Made by a program: the position numbers and the translations under genes. Shown in pieces: positions 51,471-63,096 of a stretch of 64,000 bases of DNA (position 1 is the first letter of the stretch; every line of letters begins with the position of its first letter). Location: assembly GCA_964199315.1 (NCBI GenBank), contig OZ116701.1, positions 13,206,001-13,270,000 of the forward strand, read 5' to 3'. Source of the DNA: Orbicella franksi (Eukaryota). The notes beneath the pieces were generated by a model, which saw only the letters and a program-made list of their open reading frames with translations, did no database searches and was not told where the DNA came from.

Positions 51471-51738
51471 TTATCTCCTCAGAGCTTTATTATCTAGCTC
51501 TCTGCCCGCACTGCAGGCCTATGACGCTCCCTCATCATAGGCCTGCAGTGCGTGCAGAGAGCTAGATAATAAAGCTCTCCCTCATCATAGGCCTGCAGTG
51601 CGTGCAGAGAGCTAGATAATAAAGCTCTCCCTCATCATAGGCCTGCAGTGCGTGCAGAGAGCTAGATAATAAAGCTCTCCCTCATCATAGGCCTGCAGTG
51701 CATGCAGAGAGCTAGATAATAAAGCTCTGAGGAGATAA
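51471..51738. repeat. Foldback element: one inverted arm followed by 4 tandem 50-bp copies of the complementary arm
   Basis: ttatctcctcagagctttattatctagctctctgcccgcactgcaggcctatga, then units starting at 51529, 51579, 51629 and 51679, closing with gaggagataa. Confidence 0.95.
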
Positions 51739-52216
51739 TATTATTGCTTCCATAATTTTAATTGGCTTTAAGTATAGAATAGTTAAGTTAATCACTGGAT
51801 TACTACATTCTAAAATAGAAAACGTATACCGCACACGTAGATTGAGACAATTGAATTTACTTGAAGTTCAAAAGAGAAAAGAAACTGTGTAAGTGAGAGG
51901 GACTAAACAGGGGTATATCATATATTAAAGCTGTTCAAAAGTTATCGGCACATACCAATTTAGTTGGTGGAAAAATGTTGAACCAAACTCAAGTGATATT
52001 TTTTATGCAACTATTGACCAAGTATTAACCAACATCTCTGACTAATGTAGTATTTGCTGGCAGTTCCTGTTATTAGTAAAAATCAAGAAAAGTTTCTTCA
52101 TATTTGCTTAACCTGAAATTCGCTTTGATGTAGCATGACATCCAATTCTGTGCCTCTGCATAAGACCAGAGGTTGTTGTTCTTGGATCGGGAATTGATAG
52201 TGTTATTACCCTGTAG

Positions 52217-55200
52217 GAAGAACCAGAAGAACCAGAAGAACCTAAACCACATCAAGATAATGCTAGATGCAGTCCTTCAGCAGAGGCAAATGCTTCTGAA
52301 TCACCAACAACTGCTCCATCCCACAATAGGGAGAATCCCTCAGTGAGAAGTAAGGACACTTCTAGTGATGAGGACAACCCTCCAGTGAACCGTTTGGACA
52401 CATCCAACCATGAGGGCAAGCCTCCAGGGAATGGTGAGGGCACTTCCAGCAATGGGGAGAAGCCTTCACTGGACATTATGAACACTTCCAGTATCAGTGA
52501 TGAGGACAGCAACCCTCAAACAAAAAAAGGTAACATGGAATGAAAGAGTTTAAGAATGAATGAGTTGCCAGTAATCGGATACCCGTGTTTGCGCGAAGAA
52601 CTCTGGGATCGTCAGGGGCAAACATTGCTAGTCGCTAGAAGGAAATGTATGACGAAAAGTTGTTTCGAGGTACAAGAAAACGATTTTTGAGACAGATCAA
52701 CGCTTTTTCGCCGTCGTTTTTATCGCGAATGGATTTGGGCAATGTTGATATGTGGAATATGTAAGTTTTTGTTTGAATAACCGTGAAATATGTGACAAAA
52801 TCTACCGATAAACTCCGTTGTTTGCGTGAGGTTTATTGTGAAATTTACATCGCGTAATGGTCTTAAAATATTACAAAATTAATTAGGCATAAATCGAAAG
52901 AAAATAACCCAGGGAAGCCTTTTAAGTTGTGTACAGGCTACTTTTGGCTTATTTGAAAGCTCAGTCATACAAATAATACTGGAAATAAGCCCGGTGGCGA
53001 TCATTGTACTGTCTGGGGTTGATTTAATGACAAATGAGTCCGCGCGACTCATGCTTTGTGACTACTGTGTTGCTCAAAGTACGTATTTCAGTGATTTTCC
53101 TTTTCTGTAACAGATCAAGGGTGGCTCCTTGAATATATCTCTGAGTATTTGTATTTAAAAGTGCCATTTGTGCGTAATTATGCTCTCCAGAGTTTGGTTT
53201 TGACGGTTGAGTGAAATTACCCGACACGAAGGGTGGTAATTCCTTCTGCAATTTTCGATTTCTGTTTTAGAGCTTCTTTTCTGTCTTTATATTTAACTCT
53301 CGCGATCAGGCGTGTATTTAAATTCTCAATATTCTCTTCAATGTATTTCACAATAAACCTCACGCAAGCAAAAGGGAGTTTATCGGTAAATTTTACCACT
53401 TATTTCACGGTTATTCAAACAAAAACTTACATTTTCCATGTATCAACATTGCCAAAATCCAATCGCAATAAAGCAACGGCAAGAAAGCGTTGATCTGTCC
53501 CCAAAACCATGTTTTTGGGCGTCGAAACAACTTTTCGCTATACATATCCTTCTAGCCACTTGCAATGTTTGCCCCCTGACGATCCCAGAGTTCTTTACGC
53601 AAATACGGGTATCAGATTACTGGCAACTCATTCATTATCTAGCTCTTTGTACGCATTGCAGGTCTATAATGTTGTTGCCGGTGCACTGTTTGCATACATT
53701 GTGAGTCTAAGGCAAGAGGCCACTGTTAAGTTCCAGATCTTTTGTCATTCCTTGATCGTTGGAAATTTTAAGGTAGTGGAAAAAATTCTACTTGGCAAAC
53801 AGTTCCACGGAGATTGTTTCAGATTGTTAGCAAGAAGATTTGCTTGAAAACCAAACTTTTGGACAAATATATTTCAGATTTTTCTCTTGTTTTTATTTTG
53901 CTCTTTTATCTCATCAATTCTATTTCAATGGTTTGTCCTTTCTGTGAGGATCAGAAGGTAACCAAGTGTATGTCATTTAATCTGTTTGCTATTAGAATTA
54001 AATGCAATAATCAGTTTTCAGGTTCTCAGTTGTAAGAAAGAAAGTTATTTTCAAACTCTGCCCATTTCCAGTGATTCCATTGTCATAATTAGGTCAAGCT
54101 TAATTTTCCTTAACATCAAATTGTTATTCATTCATTTACTTAAAAAGCTTAGAACAACATATACCTTCCAACCTTTTCCGAGTCGCAGGCATGAGATCTG
54201 TTTTCTGGAAGTTCTACTGTAGCTAGATTTTGAAGATCTGATCATATCCAAAAGACCTCTGAAGATCTCAGAGGATGTTCCAAAGATTTCCAAAGGGGTT
54301 TCATATATATTTCCTGGTTCCAGGCACAGCTTCCAATGCTTTGCTAAACATATTAACACAGCCAGATTGTTCTCTTGAAAATTGTAAAATTGAGGATGTG
54401 TTCTATCATTTACATAGACTTTACCTTTCTTCCATTTGTTTGGGTTCACAGATATTTTTTGAAAATGTGTAAGTGAAAGCTCTTTCAGCTAGGTGTGCAA
54501 TTTTAATTCATAAACGTGAGTTAAGGTGTGAGATCAAAGTTTTTGACCTGCAGGCATGGGACTCACCAAAGTTAAATTTTGGAAAATATTTGCGAGCCAG
54601 GTGCCATAAGCATATTTACGTGTACACTCTGCATTAAATTTCGGTTTAAATACATGCTTGTCCTGATACGGCTGAACCTCAGCTTTTTGAAAGGCCTCCT
54701 ATTGATCTTGCACGGATGGCAAACATCAAGCAAAAGGCCCGGGGGGGGGAGGGACTCCAAAATAAAAAGGACGGGGGTGCTTGTCGGAAATTTTGAAAAG
54801 AACCCCTTAAAGGTACCCAGATTCTGTTTGTTGGCGTGGCTTAATTTTTTTTTTCCCCTAAGAGGTACCATTTCTTACATAGCACAATATAGATCTCCTG
54901 TCATATTTTTTCTGCTCAATACCCTAAAAGGTACAGCAAAAGCTCCGCCTGTGAACCTTTTGAGGCTGAACACCCTAAGAGGTACCAAAACTGCTATTTT
55001 TTAACCCCTAGAAGGTACGACGAGCACCCCTGTCATTTTTAAATGGAATCTCCCCTGGGGGATAAAGTAGATTCAGCGTCAAATCATTGGAGTGAGTATA
55101 ATGGTTCGTGTAGAAACTAAAAATATGGCAATGTAAACACATTATTTCTCTCAGTCGACTGAGTCATTTGCTGTCAAAAAATTGAGTGTAAGTAAACATT

Positions 55201-56433
55201 ACAGAAACATTTGCAACTAAAAAATGCAAACTAAAATGGTCATTTTGGTGTCGTCCTTATTTAGGCGAATGAAAAGAAAAAAGTTGTGTAAGATTCATAA
55301 AGGGGATAAATAGCTACTTTTCGCTCGCGGGTGTCAGGTCAAAACGAAATGATAAACATGTCATTGCACTCTTCCGAAAAGCTGTCTGTCACCAGTCGGT
55401 TATCATCAACAGTTTTCTGAATCGCCAGTGCTATAGCACAGTATGTCAAATATCACACGACAGACGTTCTAGGAACAATGGCTGCTCGATGATTGTTGTC
55501 GGACAAACATCTTGATTTAACATTCGTCTTTCCAATTAAAACCTTTCGAGACAACATTTTGACACATTCGGTGGAAACTGTGTCTGGCTAAATGAGAAAA
55601 AAAAGGTTGAAAACATTGTCTACTCACCAAGATATCCAAATCGAATCTCAGCCAAAGCCGGATTGGGGAAAACGAGTCTGCAATGTCCCATGTTTTGACT
55701 AAGTAGCGGCCAGCAGTTTCTGTGTTAGAGATCACTAACATTCGTAGCGCTGCTGTAGCGCCATGTTTGTGCTATAACTCGAATTTTTGTTAACTCGAAA
55801 TGTGGCATTCAACGAAACGGTATCATTTATAAACTGTAAAAAGCAGTCATTCTCATAGAACTGGCGTGAAAGAACCCTAGTAAATCTGGAGGTGAACTGG
55901 AGTAAAAGCTAGTAAATCTCGAGGTGTTTTCGGCCTCATTTCGTGAGATTGCTCCGAAAGCCTCCGAAAAGTCACATAGTACAGTGACTGGCCTAAGGCA
56001 GTAAGCACAAAAATTGTGTCCACCAACACCCTTTAGATTGCAAATTTCAAACACAATAAGGCCTAAGCACTACCGCCTCTCATCATTAAACCTTAGTACC
56101 CGCCCTCGGCTATTACACTTCTCTAGGTTGACCTACAATTTGTATAGAGCAGCGTATACTGTTGAACCACCCTTTAACTTTCTCTTGTATTTTTCAGACC
56201 TCTTGCGCTATGCAGCTGTCGGAGTAGCAGCTGGTACTGCCGCTGTGGTTGCTGCTCCACTGGTTCTTGGTGCTGCTGGTTTTGCTGGTGCAGGTGTTGC
56301 TGCTGGTTCCATTGCAGCGGCAACTGTAAAGACTGGAGGTTTGTTTGCAATGGCTGCCGGCAATGCTGCCATTGGTGGGATTACTGGAGGGATTGCAGCC
56401 TTAGGAGCAAAGATGTTTGTATGTCTCAATTAA
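52217..56433 (+). CDS. IFI27: Acidic-repeat/ISG12 protein B, join(52217..52529,56198..56433); needs a phase-0 upstream exon (47437..47493 fits)
   Basis: Acceptor ctgtag|GAA; 4-5 of the same 14-aa repeats; phase-1 donor g|gtaac joins ttttcag|AC to give DLLRYAAVGVAAGTAAVVAAPLVLGAAGFAGAGVAAGSIAAA...AKMFVCLN. Confidence 0.7.
52558..53633. mobile_element. 1.08-kb TIR element, copy 2 (same family as 38558-39694), intronic
   Basis: GAATGAGTTGCC...GGCAACTCATTC with AT duplicated at 52556-57 and 53634-35; same Penelope fragment inside. Confidence 0.85.
54738..55060. mobile_element. MITE with CCCGGGGG..GACTCC-type ends and internal 'cctaagaggtac' repeats
   Basis: cccggggggggagggactcc ... aatctcccctgggg; repeated (c)ctaa(g)aggtac motifs. 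Confidence 0.55.
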
Positions 56434-56773
56434 TAATCGTTTAATGTCTAATTAATAAGAGAAATCTTTTTATGAGTTTACATTTCTCATACATTTTTTT
56501 GTCTTGAAATGATTCAGTATTAACAATGCAAAGATATGCATAGGAGTATTATAATGTATCTTGGCACCTTCACTCGGAGGGTGGGGCTTAATTAAAAATC
56601 TAACGTTTAAGAGAGCTTATTAGAAAGGTACATGAGCTAAATAGGGCTTTCACGATACATGATGTTGATGCTTAGCTAAGTGCTAAGAGATTGTGATTAA
56701 TTGATTACAAGTAAAGAGTTAACTTCAAGATTTACGTTTCGTTAATTTATACAAGCCTAAATTCAATTTATAG

Positions 56774-59630
56774 GACAGTTTTGTAGATATCAAGCTGTTG
56801 ATATGTGGAAGTGGCAGTGAAGCCCACGCATTTGCCGGTATTGCCTCATCTGTGAAAGGAACAGATGTTCGAGTTTTTAGTTTACACCAAGATGAAGCAG
56901 ATTACTGGTTTGCTGCAATGCATAAAAACGACCTCAAGATTACTTTTCATCGAAAGGGAGAAGAACCAACTTGTATTACATCTAGACTTCCGCTAGCAAC
57001 GAGTAACCCAGAGGATGCCATGCAAGATATTGATATCGTGGTCTTTGTGCTGCCGGCATTTGCCCATCAAGTTCTTCTGTATACCTTGAAACCTTACTTC
57101 AAACCTGGCACAATAATAGTCGGCCTACCAGGTGCTCCAGGGTTTGAGTACCAGGTACTTCACGTGCTGGGTGAAGTAGGACAGCAATGCACGATCATGA
57201 ATTTTGAATCATCACCCTGGGTCTCCTGTATCTCTGACTTCAGTGTTGGGTGTGAGGTTCTTGGCACCAAGGAGACCCTATTGGGAGCCATCAAGGTAAC
57301 AGACTCTCACTTCAAATACGTACCCGTGATATTTGTTGGGTTGCAATCATTACAGACTGCAGAAAGTTTGCGGTGCAGACAACAGATTGAAAACATAGCC
57401 TCTTTTATACCTTCAGATACAAAACCAATAACACCTTTCGATTATATAGATTGGCTGTATTTTCCATAATCAAAGTGATATAGTTTCACCACAATCGTTT
57501 TGAACCAACACGCGCAGGCAAAAATTAGCTATTTACTCCCTTTTTGAATCTTACTCAACTTTTTTCTTTTCATTTTTTTAGCCAATATGACCATGTTAAC
57601 GAAATTGCAATTGCAAATGTTTTCGTAATGTTTACATATACTCAATTTTTTGACCGCAAATGATTCAGTCGAGTGAGGGAAACATTACATTCACAATGTC
57701 ATATTTTCAGTTATCCGTGAACCATTATACTGTACTGATATCACTGGTATGACGTTGAATCACTCTACACGACTGGTAAACAGCTTTGCCCCAGAAAATT
57801 TCTTCCTCTCTTTGCTTCGCGAGATCGTCCACTTTGTTTGTTGTTCTTTGTAATTTTGTTTCTGTTTGTACTTTTTTCACAGCAAGGAAAAGGTGTTGCT
57901 CCCAAGAAAGACCCAGCTTCCACACTACAATATCTCCTGGGTCCCCTCCCTAAACTTAACGTCTCTGGTCACCTATTGGGCGTTCAGTTGATGAGCGTCA
58001 ATGCGTACCTGCACACGTCAATACTATATGGTCAATGGGAGGGGTGGCAGGGGAAACCAGTTGATGAACCACCTCTGTTCTACAATGGCCTAACTGAGCC
58101 AACAGCGGACCTGCTGTCCAGTATATCAGATGAGATTGTAAGCATCGCTAGGGTCATTGAGTTGAAGACTGAAGCTGACTTGTCTCATGTAAGATATTTC
58201 TATGAATTTATTTACAAAAACTCATCTTTTTGTTCTAATGTTACGTTTCATCATTTGGAGTGGTTATGACAGGTACATACAACCAAAAGAACGTTTTAAT
58301 GTTTGGAAGGGAGGGAAAGTAATTTAGTTAAATTTCTTCTGTACAACCGGCTTAGCTGATAGAAAAAATAATCAAGGCAGGCCTGGCAGGAGACAAGAAA
58401 GACGACCAGATAGAAAAGACGAGCAGACAGACAGACAAGCAGACAGATGTGTTTATAAGTAACTACCGACGTAATCATGTTGTTCACTGTCGTGAGCTAT
58501 CATCCAACCGGTCTGATACAGGAAGCAGACTAAATTTTTGGTCGAGAGGCTTAGGGCCTACCTTTGTTCCTTTACGTCTTAAAGAGTAGTTGTCCCTATC
58601 AGCAGTTACAAACTGGTGAGTTATGGCTGCAGAGGCCTATGTGGCATCCATCAGTGCGCCTATCTGTGGCACGGCGAACTAACCAGTATTTGCTCCACTG
58701 GAAGGCTTCACAGCTTTTCTTTAATTCAAAGATTTTTCAGTCGTTATTGATACCTCGACAGGGTAGGGAGGTATTGTTTGGGTCCCTTATCAGTCTAAAA
58801 CTCGCAAGCGAAACACCGTGACATGATGCCTCTAAAAGATCGTGAATAGCCTGGTAACGACACGTATTTTAGTACGTAATCTTGTTTGCTTAATTTTTGC
58901 CATTTGTAAATATAATTACAAAATATCAATCTACTCAGTCTCCAAGTAAGGAAGCCCAGGGAAGCCAATAAGACTTACATAAGGACTACCTTGAAGATAC
59001 CTAAGACTTCACTAAACAATAAAAATGCTATCATCGGAACACAAAATGATCATAAATTTAGATAAAAAAATAATTAAGCAAAGCTAAACGCGCAAAAGCG
59101 CAAAAGCAAAGAAAGACAAAAAAGGCGAAAAGAAGCACACACACAACCACACTAAGAGAAGTTAAATATACTTATGCCATGAAAGATCAATTAAGTAAAG
59201 AGGTGAACACAGGTTCTGGTTATGCTTTTTTTCTGACATTAACTCTCTACAGGTTGTACACATTCATCTATGGCTTGTGCGACGTTATTCTCATGACATC
59301 TCAAATAAGTCGACCCTTTACAAGGCAATACAGACCAATGCTGCCTTTCAAGGAATCAAGCATCCAGTCAAGACAACTGAAGACGGCAAATTCGTGCCAG
59401 ATTTCACGCACCGCTACATCACGGAGGATGTCCCATATGGCCTGGTCGTCATCCGGGGTATTGCAGAAATTGTCGGAGTTCAGACGCCGAATATTGACAA
59501 GGTGCTTACATGGTGTCAGGAGAAAATGGGCAAAGAATATCTCGTGAACTCAAAACTGCAAGGAAAAGATGTTGGCTTATCCACAGCACCGCAGAGATAT
59601 GGATTCATAACTCTTGAGTCCATCTTGTGA
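56774..59630 (+). CDS. odh: Opine dehydrogenase (octopine/tauropine/strombine DH family), join(56774..57295,57883..58188,59253..59630), about 401 aa; ATG exon not identified
   Basis: Three phase-0 exons with no stops. Family motifs: IxGxGxxAH, VLPAFAH, GLPG.PGFE, FESSPW, EVLGTKE, YLHTSILYGQW, PPLFYNG, PDFTHRYITEDVPYG, W.QEKMGKEY, PQRYG. Confidence 0.93.
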
Positions 59631-59753
59631 AGCTATCTAAACATTCGACACGTCCGTAGACCAAGAAAGCAGAAAGTTCAATATTGCTTAAAAAGATAAT
59701 AGGCTCTGTTTAGCGCGGAAATATGCGAGCGGTTTTCCGAGAAAATCTGTGAG

Positions 59754-59927
59754 TAGACTGCTGGCAGTCGAAATTCAGCAGGGGTCATGAGGCGAGACGT
59801 TATTGCCTAAAGGGGAATGGGACGAGACTTGGGCGTGGCACGCACACCATACCGCCCTTTTGCGTTCGCGTTGGCTAAACACTCACCTAAATGGCCCTAA
59901 GAGAACAAACCGGCTGCCGGCAGTCTA
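59754..59927. mobile_element. MITE with TAG...CTA ends and a 9-bp TSD (AcademH- or MULE-type)
   Basis: atctgtgag|TAGACTGCTGGCAG...CTGCCGGCAGTCTA|atctgtgag. Confidence 0.8.
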
Positions 59928-60254
59928 ATCTGTGAGCTAGAAATGTAGAACACCCGAGGAATGCCTTATCTGGACTACACAGGGACGTAATGGTCTGGCT
60001 TCGCTGCTCTGAACTGGGAATACAATTTGATGTGCGTTTGTCCTAAACATTGCCTGAACCCGTCCTAATCAAGGTATGGTTTCACGATTGCCAACGTTAG
60101 GTATGATTCATCCAGTACTCAGTATCCTTCAGTATCCTTCAGTATCCTTCAGTTCTAGTCAAGGGGTTCTAGAATAGCGGGTGTTGGGTGTTCCAGCGTA
60201 GGGTAGGTATTTAACGTTGTAATTGTCCAATCAAGCTATCCCCATCTCCAAATA

Positions 60255-60670
60255 CATTACTTGCAAACAATTTCGGACGCTCGCATTTGGGACGTTTTAT
60301 TTCGGACGTTTTATTTTAGGACACTTTTATCTCACTTTGGACAAATTTCGGACAAAAATTTCGGACACTTCGGTAACATAGCCAACGTAAATTTACGCCT
60401 AAAAACACGTTTTAGACTGGAACAACATCTGTGAAAATGATAGTTTTACTGCACCCTCAGGGTAAGAGAAATTCTATCAAGCTGTTACGTATCACAAGCA
60501 GTGTCTTTACTAGAATTCGCTCTATAAAGGAAACTAGCCTTTTAGGAGCTATGTAAACATTTTATACTGTACTGTAAATATTTGGGACGCTAAAAAAATT
60601 TCGGACGGTTTTATTTTCGGACACCTTTTTGTGCGAAATTAAAATCGTCCCAACCTTTTTGCAAGTAATG
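60255..60670. mobile_element. MITE with short TIRs and internal TTCGGAC repeats
   Basis: cattacttgcaaa ... tttgcaagtaatg. Confidence 0.55.
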
Positions 60671-62272
60671 AACGTAAATGTAGCATTAAAAAAAATGATT
60701 CTTTAACTTGCAAGATTTGTATGAAACTCATTGGAAATAGTTCTTCAAAACCAGCAAATAGATCAGGGCCGTAGCAACGCAATTTTGTCGGGTTGAGAAG
60801 AGATGGAGTCTGGAGGGGTCAGCTTATCGGCCTGCTAAACCAAAAGGCTCATAAAGGTATAGGAGTGGGCATTTTGGCTTTCTTGAAAGTTACTGTTTAT
60901 GTTAGCAATGTATGGGATTTGTATAGATAATAGATTTCTGTCTGTAAGACCCCATTGTTCGATATGCTATTTAACATAAAAGCATTTGTATTGAGATTTG
61001 TAGCGTCAAAGATAACGAATGGTTGATGTAAGTCTCATAGAAATAAGGATAAACAACAAAATAACATTTATGAAAAGGGCATTGCTGCAATGCATATATA
61101 ATGTATAACCCTAAACCCTTCACTTGGGACAAATGTAAACTAACAAATAATATATTAAGCTGTAAAAATAAAAAGCAACCGGAATGGAGAGTCGTGGATA
61201 CTTTAAATTAGTAAGCAAAAGCTACATAAAGGCAACAGATCTTTTCCCAACTGACTGTTTGAGTTACCTTCATGTGAAAAGACAACATTTTGGGCATGTC
61301 CATTGTCGTATTCTGTGAAAAGTTCAAAAAGCTGGCTTCGCATAATTTCAAGCCCATCAAAATTATTAGGGGCTAGTTAACCTCTCCGTCCCCTCCCCTA
61401 GCTAAAGTGTGTACCGTTGTGTAGACTTGGACGGTGCCGTTGGCTTGTGGCTATCATACTTACTAATATAGGCATCCGATAATAAGCCACTGGGTTAAGC
61501 TAAGGACTGATCGTAGGATGTAACGTGGCGTGAGATCTAATCCTTTGTCCAAGGAGCTCTTGGTTTGAAATTTCGTCCAAACTTTTTGAAAACATTTTTA
61601 GAATTCAATAAAACGATATCAACTATGTTGAACTTTGGTCGCGAAAGTTTGGCTAACTGATGATGATGGATGGCGAGTCAGTATTTTTACCTTAGATATC
61701 GACATATCGATATTTCGACAAGAACTTTATAGACCTCGCGTGACATCCATATAGGACTTCAAGTTTTTGCATACTCGTGAACCAAGCTGACAGTGAATGT
61801 ATCGCATTCCGTGAATTTTACCAAAGCGCGGTACGCGATCTGGGTTTAGTCTCCCAGAAGGAATCAAGAAGCCTTACCAAGCTTGGAATCGGGTCGCACA
61901 AGTTAATTATTAACTCATTTTTATTAAAACAAAACTTAAGTTTAACTGTTCTTATTATAGAACGTGACATTCCCCACGCTATGTGCGTTAGTTACACTAC
62001 TTCTTGCATCGATTATTCGAGTTTCAAAAGCTCGAGTCCAAACGTGTGTAATAAATTTCTATTGTTCTGTTCCTTAAAACTCAGGGAAATAATCTAATAA
62101 CAGTTTTCCTTTTTCCGTTTTTTTTTTTTTTGTTATAATTTTTCCTTGCTTTATCCAAATGTATTTTGTTTCGTGATTTACTTTACTAGATTTTTTTTCT
62201 CTAGAACGTACACATCTTTACATTATGTGGAATAAAAATTCGCGTAATGAAAGTCACCCAAAATCCTTCCAA

Positions 62273-62614
62273 GGGCCTGTTTACAAGGAGGTGGGGCTAC
62301 CCTAGCAAGCGGGCTAACCCTAGCTAAAGGGCAAAGTTGAACCTGGGACAACTTTAAATTGCGCGGTTACACTCAGAGGGTCTGGAAACAATTAGAAAGT
62401 TAGCCCGGGTGGGCGGGTTAACCCTACCTGGATTGTTTACAAGGGAAAAAGTTAACCCGCCTGCCAGGGTGAACCTAGCACGCAGATAGGGTAACCCGCC
62501 TACCCGGGTAACCCTAGCTGCCTTGTAAACACGACGAAGAAAAAAAAGAGGAAATGTGTGAGTGTTAGGGTAACCCGCTTGCTAGGGTAACCCTTCCTCC
62601 TTGTAAACAGGCCC
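62273..62614. mobile_element. PIF/Harbinger-type MITE
   Basis: caa|GGGCCTGTTTACAAGG...CCTTGTAAACAGGCCC|taa, with internal gggtaaccc repeats. Confidence 0.8.
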
Positions 62615-63012
62615 TAACAAAGGCCTGATATTCACTCACGGTGGCCACGCGGAGAGGTCTCGGTTCACTCGCTCACAAAACGACAAAAATAAGCAACGAG
62701 CAGAAACAGGAGCATATCACAATGCTCCTGGCAGAAAATGATCTGACGTGGGTAGGCCGTGCCGATTTACAAAGAAGAATCACGCCTCAGAGACCCAGGG
62801 GCAGTTAGTTGGGCGGAAAGAAGTAAACGCTGCAAAAATCGAAGCGATGAAAGTTGCCCCGACTAATGCGCTGGCGGCTGCCGTGATGTGGAGATACCGT
62901 TACCAGATCAACTGAGCATGACACCGTGACACATACGTGACGGTAAAAACGTTGGCGAAGGACTGGGTTTGTTATGAATCGACTTCCGATTCTACTGATC
63001 AGCTGAACAATC

Positions 63013-63096
63013 ATGGCGGCAAGAGAAGATGATATTGTGGCGGGTGAAATGGAGGATCAGACATCCGACCAAACAGGACAAAACTCGGCAGAACAG
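63013..63096 (+). CDS. First coding exon of a further gene paralogous to the 47437 exon; continues beyond the window
   Basis: atcATGGCG...MAAREDDIVAGEMEDQTSDQTGQNSAEQ|gtcagt, phase 0, after a CpG-rich region. DQTGQNS matches DQTGHNS at 47437. Confidence 0.6.

Noticed and set aside
51529-51728. CRISPR-like regular repeats
   Set aside because: The units are directly adjacent with no unique spacers, there are no cas genes, and the context is eukaryotic.
55517-56010. Possible bidirectional promoter or first exon for the opine dehydrogenase
   Set aside because: A plus-strand donor near 56000 has no upstream ATG, and the region looks like repeat-derived sequence.
56416-56433. C-terminal VCLN as a CaaX prenylation signal
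   Set aside because: The Cys is third from the end, not fourth.
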